IMG/VR virus record: IMGVR_UViG_3300013114_000098
Reading direction: 5' to 3' (one strand)
Origin: a virus
DNA: 64,000 bases
Shown: positions 42,379 through 51,919 of the stretch, piece after piece
How positions within the stretch are numbered: the first letter of the stretch is position 1
Layout of the letters: the number at the start of each line of letters is the position of its first letter
The notes under the pieces: generated by a model
Seen by the model: the letters and a program-made list of their open reading frames with translations, nothing else
What the model was told of the DNA's origin: nothing
Databases searched by the model: none
Position numbers and translations under genes: made by a program

Positions 42379-43166
42379 AAATAGGATTAATAGGATTAGG
42401 TGTTGTAGGCAAAGCCTGTAAAGAAGGCTTTGAACATTGTGGCTACAATGTAGTTGCACACGACATAGCACTTGATACAAAAATAGAAGATGTATTAGAA
42501 ACTGAGATTACATATCTTTGTGTTCCTACACCTACTAATGACAAAGGCGAATGTGACACTAGTATTATTGAAAGTGTTATTCATGAGTTAAGGCAGTTAA
42601 AATATAAAGGCGTTATAGCAATTAAGTCAACTGTTGAGCCTGGAACAACAGCAAGGTTAATAAAACAGTACGATGATAAAATTGTATTTGTTCCTGAGTT
42701 TCTTAAAGAACGTAGTGCAGAATATGATTTTATATTTGACCACAGACTGTTATTAGTAGGAACAGAAAACGTAAACTATTATTATCTAGTACAGCGTTCA
42801 CATGGTAAGTTACCAGATGACATAATGAGAGTGCCACCAACAGAAGCAGAACTAATGAAATACTATCACAACACATTCAATGCATTACGTGTAGTATTTG
42901 CAAATGTAATGTTTGAGATAAGTGATAAACTTAATGTGTCATATGATACAGTGAAAGAAGCATTTTTAAAGAACAGCGATTTACCTGATGAGTACCTTGA
43001 TGTTAAACCTGAACTGCGAGGATACGGTGGTGCTTGTTTACCTAAAGATGTTTTAGCAATGAACAACGCATGTAAAAAATTAGGAATACCAAACAAGTTG
43101 TTTGAGTATATTGATAAAGAAAATAAACTATTTAAGAAAACAGTATTCAAAGGAATGAGACTATAG
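42375..43166 (+). CDS. UDP-glucose/GDP-mannose dehydrogenase family protein (short form)
   Basis: GLGVVG, CVPTP, KSTVEPG, PEFL and GYGGACLPKD. Confidence 0.9.
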   Translation: MKIGLIGLGVVGKACKEGFEHCGYNVVAHDIALDTKIEDVLETEITYLCVPTPTNDKGECDTSIIESVIHELRQLKYKGVIAIKSTVEPGTTARLIKQYDDKIVFVPEFLKERSAEYDFIFDHRLLLVGTENVNYYYLVQRSHGKLPDDIMRVPPTEAELMKYYHNTFNALRVVFANVMFEISDKLNVSYDTVKEAFLKNSDLPDEYLDVKPELRGYGGACLPKDVLAMNNACKKLGIPNKLFEYIDKENKLFKKTVFKGMRL

Positions 43167-43825
43167 TGAGTTATTTAGAAGACAATAAAGAAAATGTATA
43201 TTTTAATAATGATGCTAATCTGTTTTGGGGGGTCATAGAACATTTTAGACACAGTGATAATAACCGTCTTTGTATCGATATTGGCACATTTTATGGAGGC
43301 TATGCAGAGAGATATGTATCTTTATTTGAAAACGTAGTTTGTTTTGAAGCTAATTATTATATTGAAAAAGATTTAAGAAATAGAATGGCTAAAACAAAAC
43401 ATGATAATTATAAAATTTATATGAATGGACTAGGCAAACCCGAAGACCATAACACTGAAAAGTTGTTCTATGCAGTTACTTGGGCGCCTCCTCACAATAC
43501 ACGTTGGAGTGGCATCAGCAGTTACAAAAGCGATCACTTCACAAACTGGCCCGAGAAAGAAGTGAACATAACTGAAATTACTACTACGGTTAGGACATTA
43601 GATAGCTATAACCTAGCACCTAGTTTTATTAAAATGGATGTAGAGAATTCAGAATCAGATGTTATTATGGGTGGAATAGAAACTATATCAAAGCATAAAC
43701 CCACACTACAAGTAGAAGGCAAAGGAAGTATAGAATTAATAAAAAGTTTAGGATATCGTTTAGTAGCTCAACGAAAATGTCATGGCGCACTACACGATAA
43801 TATATATGTATATGGACAAATGTAA
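43166..43825 (+). CDS. FkbM-family methyltransferase
   Basis: IDIGTFYG, VVCFEAN, TLDSY and FIKMDVENSE; GTG start. Confidence 0.8.
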   Translation: MSYLEDNKENVYFNNDANLFWGVIEHFRHSDNNRLCIDIGTFYGGYAERYVSLFENVVCFEANYYIEKDLRNRMAKTKHDNYKIYMNGLGKPEDHNTEKLFYAVTWAPPHNTRWSGISSYKSDHFTNWPEKEVNITEITTTVRTLDSYNLAPSFIKMDVENSESDVIMGGIETISKHKPTLQVEGKGSIELIKSLGYRLVAQRKCHGALHDNIYVYGQM

Positions 43826-44186
43826 AATACTTACAGCAGATTTATTTGAAGATGAAAGAGGAACTACTCGTAGTTTCTATCCTGACGAAGATATTGTAGA
43901 GTATAATCTAATGATTACTAAAAAGGGCGATGCTCGTGGTTATCATTATCACCCACACTTTGTTGAGTATATGATTATAGTAGATGGTGAATGTTTGTTT
44001 AAAGAGTACAGCGATAGTATACATGAAACAGTGCTAACCGAAGGCGACAGTATACGTATACCTAGTGGCACAGCACACACGTTTATAGCATTAACAGACT
44101 TTAAGTTTGTTAGTATGCTTACAAAAAGGTGGCACGATAGCGACCCGCCAATAGTAAAGGTAGATGAATATGGCAAACCCATTTGA
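43812..44186 (+). CDS. Cupin (RmlC/FdtA-like sugar isomerase/epimerase)
   Basis: FEDERG, RGYHYH...E and IPSGTAHTF. Confidence 0.75.
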   Translation: MDKCKILTADLFEDERGTTRSFYPDEDIVEYNLMITKKGDARGYHYHPHFVEYMIIVDGECLFKEYSDSIHETVLTEGDSIRIPSGTAHTFIALTDFKFVSMLTKRWHDSDPPIVKVDEYGKPI

Positions 44187-44778
44187 TACAGTACATAAGT
44201 TTGAGAGAGTAGTTGCAGATTATTCTGGTGCTCCTTATGCTATTGCTACTGATTGTTGTAGTCATGCTATATTCCTAAGTGCAATATACTACAAACAAAA
44301 ACACGGAACATGCACAGTTACAATGCCCAAGAACACATATGTAAGTGCGCCTGTGCAAATGATACACGCTGGGTTTGATGTAGAGTTTGTAGACAAACAA
44401 TGGTCAGGTGTGTATAAGATTAACCCAACAAACATTATAGATGGTGCTCCTAGGTTTACATATAATATGTATATCAAGGGAAGTTATCATTGTTTAAGTT
44501 TTCAATTTAAGAAAATATTAAGCACAGGCAGAGGCGGAATGATACTAACAGACGATGAAGAGTTTTATGAGTGGGCTCAACGTGCAATACACGATGGAAG
44601 AGATATGAGTATACCATATGAAGAAGATACTGTTACTATGCTGGGCTATCATATGTTTATGACTCCTGAAGTTGCACAAATTGGATTAGATAAGATGAGA
44701 ACTATGCCACGTATCAATAGTGATGTTGCAACCAACAACACTTATCCTGATATTAGTTATATAAAAGATTTCAAATGA
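44170..44778 (+). CDS. DegT/DnrJ/EryC1/StrS sugar aminotransferase (short form)
   Basis: FE..VADY.G..YAIATDCCS and SFQFKKILSTGRGGMILTDD (PLP lysine). Confidence 0.8.
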   Translation: MANPFDTVHKFERVVADYSGAPYAIATDCCSHAIFLSAIYYKQKHGTCTVTMPKNTYVSAPVQMIHAGFDVEFVDKQWSGVYKINPTNIIDGAPRFTYNMYIKGSYHCLSFQFKKILSTGRGGMILTDDEEFYEWAQRAIHDGRDMSIPYEEDTVTMLGYHMFMTPEVAQIGLDKMRTMPRINSDVATNNTYPDISYIKDFK

Positions 44779-45734
44779 GAATACATTTTAAAAGTGGAAT
44801 AGTAGAAATAGAATTACTAGACAACGAGTTTGTAACACAATGGCACAACACTGTTAGCAAACTACAGCCTATAGAAACTTGGAATGAAAACTTAATTCCA
44901 AAAGTAACTATTAGTGATGAAGAAGTTTTTCGTATACGTTCTACGTATGTACCAAAGTTTAATGCTCATGTTAAAGAATTAAAAGACAAATATGGTTTAG
45001 AGTTTCCAGGAGAAATGGAATTAAATATGAAACAAGAGCGTCTTAATTTATTGCACAAGTGGGTAACACACGGTGCATTTACAAAGACTAATTGGGATTT
45101 GCCAAATGCTACTGTAGAAGATATTAATAACAGTAAATGGAATCATTGGCAAGACTATAACTTCGCAACTGATCATGAACCAGAGTTTGAAGTTCCTGTA
45201 GATGCTATTGATGACATTACACATATATTATTTGAAATGAACTGTGATATACACTGGTATGAAGAAACAATTACAAGTCCTAGAGTACAACAATTATATG
45301 ATTGGGGTTACAATTATAATGATGGTAACCATATTATACAACGATACACTAGTGGTGCAGACAGAGCATTTGATGTAGTTGATATACCTAACGAGTATAG
45401 AAAGTTATGTACATATGACACAGAGCCAGACTTATGGTTACCATTTGCAGTTCTAGGAAAAGAATATTATACGTGTTGGGTTAATATGGATAACCCTAGC
45501 CAGTTTGATATAACAAACATTGATAAAACATATTGTCCAGGTTGGGAATTACAACCTAATGCGTTTACTAATAAAGTATTAGCACATGATGAGTTTCAAT
45601 ATTGGTTAACACAGCACGGCGTGCCAACGGATGCATTTTGTATTGCTAAGATGCCATTAGGAAAATGTATTAATAAAGAACAATTAAATTTTAATCAAAT
45701 ATTATTAGAGCCAGTACAACATGTTGAATGGTAA
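44775..45734 (+). CDS. Hypothetical protein
   Basis: 319-aa ORF with ATGA coupling. Confidence 0.55.
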   Translation: MRIHFKSGIVEIELLDNEFVTQWHNTVSKLQPIETWNENLIPKVTISDEEVFRIRSTYVPKFNAHVKELKDKYGLEFPGEMELNMKQERLNLLHKWVTHGAFTKTNWDLPNATVEDINNSKWNHWQDYNFATDHEPEFEVPVDAIDDITHILFEMNCDIHWYEETITSPRVQQLYDWGYNYNDGNHIIQRYTSGADRAFDVVDIPNEYRKLCTYDTEPDLWLPFAVLGKEYYTCWVNMDNPSQFDITNIDKTYCPGWELQPNAFTNKVLAHDEFQYWLTQHGVPTDAFCIAKMPLGKCINKEQLNFNQILLEPVQHVEW

Positions 45735-46314
45735 GAAAAACATTGTAATAGTAACGCCTGCTAGAAGCGGAAGTAGTTGGCTAGTCAGTTCGTTTGGTAG
45801 AGAAAATTATAACGAGCAACCTCTTAGTCTAAGTGAAACAAACAATGATAAGAAACTAAGTTTACAACAAAGAATAGATATACTAAACTCTAATAAGCCT
45901 TTTGTAACAAAAGTGTTTACTGATGAAATGATTGACTTGGAATTATTAAAGGATGATGATGTTGAATTTATATGGTTGTATAGACGTAACCTTGTTGAAC
46001 ATTTTTTAAGCAATGTACTTGCTTGGCGAACACAAGTGTTTAATGTACACCAGCACGAATGGTACTGGCCTCCTACAACACTTAATATAACAGATGATGA
46101 TTTAAATATATATGAGAACATTGTTAAGTGTCAAAAGAAAGCATATAAAAAATACAAGGATTGGTTTACATATGAAATTGCATACGAGGATTTGTTTACT
46201 AACAATCCGTGGAATTTCAAATCAACAGACGACAAGACTGTTAAGTTAAATCATTATTCAGATGAATGGATTGCGTTAGCAACTAATAAACTACAAGAGA
46301 GAAATATAATATGA
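45721..46314 (+). CDS. Sulfotransferase-like protein (Stf0-like P-loop)
   Basis: 5'-PSB-like TPARSGSSWL, 3'-PB-like LYRRNLVEHFLS and IAYEDL. Confidence 0.65.
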   Translation: MLNGKKNIVIVTPARSGSSWLVSSFGRENYNEQPLSLSETNNDKKLSLQQRIDILNSNKPFVTKVFTDEMIDLELLKDDDVEFIWLYRRNLVEHFLSNVLAWRTQVFNVHQHEWYWPPTTLNITDDDLNIYENIVKCQKKAYKKYKDWFTYEIAYEDLFTNNPWNFKSTDDKTVKLNHYSDEWIALATNKLQERNII

Positions 46315-47501
46315 GACAAGTAAAAAAAGTAAACGTATGCCGTAGTTGTGGTTACGATAACATGCCTACAGTATTTGATATGGGTGACTTAAAAATTAAT
46401 GCATTTATGAAAGAGCCTAACACTGATGTAGGTACTGCACCACTTACACTTGTGCATTGTCCTGAGTGTGACTTAATACAACTAGACCATACAGTACGTG
46501 AGCAAGAGTTATATGAAAACTATTGGTACTTGTCAAGACTAAACAAAAAGATTGTTGACAATTTAGAAAGCATTACTAAAGCAGTAACTATTAATGACGG
46601 AGATATTGTACTAGACATTGGTGCTAATGATGGAACCCTATTAAGTTTTTATCCTGACACAGTTACTCGTGTTGGATGTGATCCTGCTAAAAATATTCAT
46701 AACGAATTAGTTAAGCATACTGACATTATGATACCAGACTTCTTTAATTGGGATAACTGGATTAGACATGTAGGTTTAACTCGTCGTGCTAATGTAATTA
46801 CTACAGTAGCTATGTTCTATGACTTAGACGATCCTAATGCATTTGTGCAAGACATTGTTCGTGTATTAAGTAAAGACGGTGTGTGGCTATGTCAACTTAT
46901 GACGGCTCGTCCTATGCTAGACAGTAACGACCTTGGAAATATTATACACGAACACATAGAGTATTACAGTTACAAGAGCTTAGTAACATTAATGGAAAGA
47001 CATGGGCTTGAGATATATAAGGTACGTGAGAATGATATCAACGGAGGTAGCTATCAGTTATTCATTAGACATTACAATACTGGCAGTGTAGACTTCCAAG
47101 AAGATATTAGTAGTGAACGTATCAGTGCTTGGGCAGATAACATTGCAACGAATCGTACAGACACTATGGAGTTTATTCATAGAGAAGTTGCTAATGGTAA
47201 AAAGATTTACATAATGGGTGCTAGTACTAAAGGCAATACTATTATGCAGTACTATGGATTAGATAGTGATACTATTACTGGAGCGGCTGAAATACATCCA
47301 GACAAGGTTGGAAAGTATTTAGTAGGAAGTAGTATTCCTATTGTACACGAAGATGATGCAAAGAAAGATGCAGACTATTTTCTAGTGTTCCCATTTCATT
47401 TTAAAGAATTATTTGTAAACAAGATTATGAAAGACTGGATAGCTGAAGGTGGACAACTAATATTCTGCACACCAAAGTTTGAGGTAGTTGGTAATGAGTA
47501 A
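46311..47501 (+). CDS. NDP-sugar C-methyltransferase (zinc-binding N-terminus)
   Basis: CRSC...CPEC, DIGANDG, HEHIEYYS, NGGS and GASTKGNT. Confidence 0.88.
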   Translation: MRQVKKVNVCRSCGYDNMPTVFDMGDLKINAFMKEPNTDVGTAPLTLVHCPECDLIQLDHTVREQELYENYWYLSRLNKKIVDNLESITKAVTINDGDIVLDIGANDGTLLSFYPDTVTRVGCDPAKNIHNELVKHTDIMIPDFFNWDNWIRHVGLTRRANVITTVAMFYDLDDPNAFVQDIVRVLSKDGVWLCQLMTARPMLDSNDLGNIIHEHIEYYSYKSLVTLMERHGLEIYKVRENDINGGSYQLFIRHYNTGSVDFQEDISSERISAWADNIATNRTDTMEFIHREVANGKKIYIMGASTKGNTIMQYYGLDSDTITGAAEIHPDKVGKYLVGSSIPIVHEDDAKKDADYFLVFPFHFKELFVNKIMKDWIAEGGQLIFCTPKFEVVGNE

Positions 47502-48216
47502 AATAGTATTAGCCACAGGTGGGTTTGATCCACTGCATGGTGGACACATAGAATACTTTGAAGCGTCTAAGAAGTTAGGTGACAAACTAATTGTAGGTAT
47601 TAATTCTGATGAGTGGTTAGAACGTAAGAAGGGTAAAGCATTTATGCCTTGGAACGAACGTGTTAAAATTATAAACAACTTGCAAATGGTAGACGAAGTA
47701 TTTACATTCATGGATGACGATGACTCTGCGATTAACTTTATAAAACAAGTTAAGGCACACTATCCTGACGATCAACTAATCTTTGCTAATGGTGGAGATA
47801 GAACTGCAGACAACATTCCAGAAATGATATTTAATGATGTTGAATTTGTATTTGGTGTTGGTGGTACTAATAAAATAAATTCTTCTAGTACTATTGGCAG
47901 GGTTCAAAGAAATTGGGGTTGGTACAAAATATTATATAATGCAATGACTACAAAGGTAAAAGAATTACAAATAGAACCTGGACAGTCAATAAGTGTACAA
48001 CGTCATTCTAAACGAAATGAATTTTGGTTTGTAGTTAAGGGAGAATGTACTGCAAATAAAGATGATAAGTCTGTTATACTAACAGCACACAAACAATTTA
48101 CTGTACCAACTAATACTTGGCACACTTTATATAATCATACAAACAAACCTTGTAACATAGTAGAAATACAATATGGAGAGTGTTGTGAGGAATCGGACAT
48201 CGAACGTTTAGAATAA
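47494..48216 (+). CDS. Cytidylyltransferase (RfaE/TagD-like) fused to a type II phosphomannose-isomerase-like cupin
   Basis: GGFDPLHGGH, NSDEWL..KKG and FANGGDR; C-terminal RNWGWY...SVQRH...E...H...EIQYG...E.DIER. Confidence 0.85.
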   Translation: MSKIVLATGGFDPLHGGHIEYFEASKKLGDKLIVGINSDEWLERKKGKAFMPWNERVKIINNLQMVDEVFTFMDDDDSAINFIKQVKAHYPDDQLIFANGGDRTADNIPEMIFNDVEFVFGVGGTNKINSSSTIGRVQRNWGWYKILYNAMTTKVKELQIEPGQSISVQRHSKRNEFWFVVKGECTANKDDKSVILTAHKQFTVPTNTWHTLYNHTNKPCNIVEIQYGECCEESDIERLE

Positions 48217-48227
48217 ATATAATTATA

Positions 48228-48827
48228 ATGATAGATACTATAATATTTGACTTAGACGGAACGTTAGCAGACTGTAAAGAGTTACATCAGATTGCTTTCC
48301 GAGATGCTGTTATGGCATTATGCCCAACTGCAAAATATGAAGACGAAGACATAGAAGGTAGACCAACACGTGAGAAGATACGTATACTACACACAATGGG
48401 TTATGAGTTTAACGGTGACAAGTTAAACGAGATTAAACAAGCACAAACACAAGACCGCTTAGAAGAATATGTGAAGTACAACGAACCGTTATGTAACGAA
48501 ATGCTACGACTACAAAAGAAATATAAACTATGTTGTGCAAGTAATGCTACTGCTAATTTTGTACATAGAGCTTTAAAGATTATGCAACTACATCATAGAG
48601 GCGATGGGAATCAAGTGTTCACAAAGATTAATACTGCTACAGACTTTCCAGCAAAGCCAGACACAACAACATTCTTTGATTGTATGCGTTGGACAAAGAG
48701 TACACCAGATAATACTATTATATTTGAAGATTCAATTGTAGGTATACAATGTGCATTGGCTACAGGTTGTACAACTATACGAGTAGTTGATGTAGCACAT
48801 ACAATTGAAGAAATGAGGAAACTATGA
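48228..48827 (+). CDS. HAD-family phosphatase
   Basis: FDLDGTL, ASN, KP and FEDS..G. Confidence 0.88.
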   Translation: MIDTIIFDLDGTLADCKELHQIAFRDAVMALCPTAKYEDEDIEGRPTREKIRILHTMGYEFNGDKLNEIKQAQTQDRLEEYVKYNEPLCNEMLRLQKKYKLCCASNATANFVHRALKIMQLHHRGDGNQVFTKINTATDFPAKPDTTTFFDCMRWTKSTPDNTIIFEDSIVGIQCALATGCTTIRVVDVAHTIEEMRKL

Positions 48828-49525
48828 AATTAATAATGCCAATGGCAGGACTAGGCAGTCGCTTTACAGAACAAGTTAAACCTTTAATACCTGTAGGAGA
48901 TGTTCCTATGTTTGTACATAGCGAACGTTGCATTGAACTAGACTTTGACGAACGTATATTTATTGTACGCAAAGAACATGATATTAAAGCAAGAGTTCTT
49001 GAATGGTATCCTGATGCAACTGTAATTGAATTAGATTACTTGACAGAAGGCACAGCATGTACTATACTAACAGCACGTGAACATTATGAAGATGGTAGTA
49101 GTATCTTTGTTGCTAATTGTGATCAGCATATAGAATGGGATAGTGATTGGGCTCAGGCTATAATTGATTCAGGTGTTCCTGGATTAATACCTAACTTTCA
49201 TTGTCCAGGTGGCAGTAAGAAGTGGAGTTATGCAATGGTAGACGATAGACAAAACATTAAACGTGTAGCTGAAAAGGATCCTATTAGCGAATGGGCAACT
49301 GTAGGTTATTACTATTGGAAAGACGGAAGACAATTTATACAAAGTGTTGATATGATGATGGAAGCTAACGATAGAGTTAATAATGAATTTTATACTTGTC
49401 CAGTATACAACTACACATTAAAGATACCAGGCATAGGTAATGTCAAACACATAGAAGTAGATGTTATGCAAGGTATTGGTACTCCAGAAGATTTAAAAGA
49501 ATATGAAACAATTTATTGCACATAG
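48824..49525 (+). CDS. Sugar nucleotidyltransferase-like protein
   Basis: PMAGLGSRF, KPLI, TEGTACT, NCDQ, EK and GTPEDL. Confidence 0.85.
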   Translation: MKLIMPMAGLGSRFTEQVKPLIPVGDVPMFVHSERCIELDFDERIFIVRKEHDIKARVLEWYPDATVIELDYLTEGTACTILTAREHYEDGSSIFVANCDQHIEWDSDWAQAIIDSGVPGLIPNFHCPGGSKKWSYAMVDDRQNIKRVAEKDPISEWATVGYYYWKDGRQFIQSVDMMMEANDRVNNEFYTCPVYNYTLKIPGIGNVKHIEVDVMQGIGTPEDLKEYETIYCT

Positions 49526-49940
49526 AGGAAACACAGAAGGTAAGCAACCTGAGTTTGAGAATACTATTGAATACTTAAACCACGCATATGATTTGTGTGG
49601 TGGTATTGAATGTGATATACGAACCTACAATGGCAAACTATATTACGGACACGACGAACCAATAGAGTTAGTAGATACAAATCTCATTAGACAATATCAT
49701 TGGTTCTGTCATGCTAAAGATTTAGAATCCCTATCAACATTAATAGCATTTGGAGCAAATACATTTTGGCATCAAAAGGATACAGTTACAATTACTACTA
49801 AAGGATACATTTGGTGTTACCCACACGTACATCTACAAGACTCACACAGAGCTATCTGGACTGACTTTGATGATGAGTTTACTAGTATGGATCAGATTGG
49901 TGGGTGGGGATTATGCAGTGACCGTCTACCAACTAGTTAA
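49503..49940 (+). CDS. GDPD/PLC-like phosphodiesterase
   Basis: IAHRGN, EN, ECD, GHD, HAK, FWHQ.D and CSD. Confidence 0.75.
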   Translation: MKQFIAHRGNTEGKQPEFENTIEYLNHAYDLCGGIECDIRTYNGKLYYGHDEPIELVDTNLIRQYHWFCHAKDLESLSTLIAFGANTFWHQKDTVTITTKGYIWCYPHVHLQDSHRAIWTDFDDEFTSMDQIGGWGLCSDRLPTS

Positions 49941-50094
49941 TTATAATTGGTAATACCCACAACTTGGCAATTGCCCAAATCAATATAGGACTTATTACAA
50001 ACAATGCAAAGTAAACGTCACGTTGACTTGGCTTAATCCATTTTACTTCCTGTGGGTCTTTGTTAAGATACCTCAATCGTCTTGAACCTTTCAT
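49933..50094 (-). CDS. Small membrane protein (53 aa)
   Basis: AGGAG RBS, ATGA coupling and a hydrophobic C-terminus; below the ORF-track cutoff. Confidence 0.45.
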   Translation of the reverse strand: MKGSRRLRYLNKDPQEVKWIKPSQRDVYFALFVISPILIWAIAKLWVLPIIIN

Positions 50095-50255
50095 CTAAAT
50101 GGTCTCCTGTGATTTAGTCTATGTTCCTCTGCTAATGCTTTCTCAGACTTCCATACATATCGTAGCACAGAAACCCCTAACAATACAATTAGTAACATAT
50201 ATAATATGGGATGTGAATTGAACAATTCGTCGCGAAGTGTAGTTACCCAGTTCAT
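50091..50255 (-). CDS. Small membrane protein (54 aa)
   Basis: ATGA coupling to the DUF2061-like gene; one TM segment. Confidence 0.45.
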   Translation of the reverse strand: MNWVTTLRDELFNSHPILYMLLIVLLGVSVLRYVWKSEKALAEEHRLNHRRPFR

Positions 50256-50461
50256 GATTTAGCCTTTAGATGTTTATACACCTTACCCCATGCACGTTCA
50301 TGCATGAAGTATACCACAAACTTTATAACTGCGTCAATGCTGGCTATACTGCCTGCTATTGTTGCGTTGCCTGTTAGGGCTAACGATATACAGAATGTTA
50401 TAGCAACACTCAATATACGATAGCTAATGCTCTTGTACAAATGTACATGTAATGCTCTCAT
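50252..50461 (-). CDS. DUF2061-like small membrane protein
   Basis: KSISYR...TG...A.SI...K...Y.MHERAW motif. Confidence 0.75.
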   Translation of the reverse strand: MRALHVHLYKSISYRILSVAITFCISLALTGNATIAGSIASIDAVIKFVVYFMHERAWGKVYKHLKAKS

Positions 50462-50595
50462 ATCCTATTCTCTTTTATTAAGTGTATAGTCTTTCCTGAG
50501 GATTCACATATACGTCTTGCTATTAGTATTTAAGTATAACCAGCTCGGTATTAACTTATACTAGTATACCAAGAGTTCTTACCCAATAAAAACAC

Positions 50596-50623
50596 TTGAC
50601 AAATCTAATATAAGTGCTATAGT
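50596..50623 (+). promoter_or_regulatory. sigma70-type promoter
   Basis: TTGACA, 16 bp, TGnTATAGT; ATG 5 nt downstream. Confidence 0.55.
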
Positions 50624-50628
50624 ATAGA

Positions 50629-50847
50629 ATGAAAAATTTACTATTAATATTAATACTTGCAATCGCAACTAGTGGTTGTGCTGTTGTACAATCAGTTACA
50701 AACTTACCACCAAATCCTGCTATATCTTTTGGAAAGAAATGTAGTGTGGACGAAGAAGGTAATGTAGTCTACAGTTCTATTTGGATATACAATAAAGAAT
50801 CTGGACTACAAGCATCCAAAGAAGCCTGCAAAATCCTTAAAAAATAA
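50629..50847 (+). CDS. Small lipoprotein
   Basis: Signal peptide with a lipobox-like ATSGC. Confidence 0.6.
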   Translation: MKNLLLILILAIATSGCAVVQSVTNLPPNPAISFGKKCSVDEEGNVVYSSIWIYNKESGLQASKEACKILKK

Positions 50848-50850
50848 TAC

Positions 50851-50878
50851 TTGACAAATAGCTAATCTGTTGTATACT
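50851..50878 (+). promoter_or_regulatory. sigma70-type promoter with no downstream + strand ORF
   Basis: TTGACA 50851-50856, 16 bp, TATACT 50873-50878. Confidence 0.6.
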
Positions 50879-50885
50879 GTTCTAT

Positions 50886-51185
50886 TGGGCTGTGAGTACA
50901 GGCAGATGCAAACTGTCACCTTTATTATTAAAGCAGGCAAACACAGCACCATTATTTTTTTATAAGGGAATCGCCTTAAAAAACAAAAAATAAGATTCCC
51001 AGACCCTAAGGTGCAAGTTAGGGATATCATATTCTTGCATGTAACTACGTAGTCGAGGCCTGCAGATGTACGTTCTGGTTGGAAGGTTACTCCATAAGAA
51101 CTCTTGCCTTAAGGTATGAACGAATACTTTGTTTGGATTTGATTTGCGAGTGTACCAACCCTTTGAACAGCGAAGCTCTGCACAA
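50886..51185 (+). ncRNA. Candidate structured ncRNA(s): a ~65-nt three-way junction ending in ACCA plus a ~220-nt pseudoknotted domain
   Basis: Promoter directly upstream and no credible ORF. Helices: GCTGTG/CACAGC, GGCAG/CTGTC, GGGAATC/GATTCCC, CCCTAA/TTAGGG with TGCAAG/CTTGCA, TGCAGA/TCTGCA and GGTTGG/CCAACC. Confidence 0.5.
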
Positions 51186-51280
51186 AAAATTTTTTACCCC
51201 CTTATTTTTAACTTATAGAGAATAGACCTAATAGTGTACATAGGTCCTTTGACGGTACTGTATATAGTGAGTAGAATAGT

Positions 51281-51736
51281 TTAAATGAGTCTTAAATGAC
51301 TAGATGTAGTAGTGTATTGCCTTGAGCCTGGACCTAGTATTGTATCCCAATATTCCACTTTACTAATATGTGATTGGAATACTTTCTTATACCAGAGTTC
51401 CGTGTATTGATGTTTAGGATTAAGTATAGTATCCAATCCAACATCCGCAACGTGATCACTCCAATTGAAAGTAGCAAACACGTCAAATAGTTCTCTCACA
51501 CTCAATGAGTTCCAATGATGTACTATTCGTTTTAACTTGAATCCAAAGTCCTCACATACAAGTTCATAGTCTTTGCTTAGTGGATGTACTGCAAATACAA
51601 CCTGACTGTGCCTCTTCTTGTCGTCTAATATTTGATTGTATGGATGTCCCATAGTCACATGTCGATAATCTGCTCCTATACACATTAAGTCGTGTAAACA
51701 AGCGTGTCCGTGTATGTAGTGGAAGTGTGTTTGCAT
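51281..51736 (-). CDS. Hypothetical protein
   Basis: 151-aa ORF with a late-like AATAAATA just upstream on -. Confidence 0.5.
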   Translation of the reverse strand: MQTHFHYIHGHACLHDLMCIGADYRHVTMGHPYNQILDDKKRHSQVVFAVHPLSKDYELVCEDFGFKLKRIVHHWNSLSVRELFDVFATFNWSDHVADVGLDTILNPKHQYTELWYKKVFQSHISKVEYWDTILGPGSRQYTTTSSHLRLI

Positions 51737-51875
51737 ACAGTTATTTATTGTATGGAGCAGACATAAGATGCCGTAGGCGCATGACCTTTTCCTTTACAGT
51801 AAAATGCCGAAAAAATTGCTAGTAAATTTTTTTATATACAAAAGTAAAAATATCAATCTAAATAGCATAATCCTT

Positions 51876-51919
51876 ATAGTGGACATAGTAGAGAATAGTT
51901 AGAATAGTTATAACATAGT
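51876..51919 (+). repeat. Phased ATAGT array (left)
   Basis: ATAGT at 51876, 51885, 51895, 51904 and 51915. Confidence 0.7.

Noticed and set aside
50886-50951. Canonical tRNA-Cys, tmRNA or hammerhead ribozyme
   Set aside because: There is no D-arm or TTCRA loop, no G3-U70 pair or tag frame, and the hammerhead core CUGANGA/GAAA is not intact. It is kept only as an unclassified RNA candidate.
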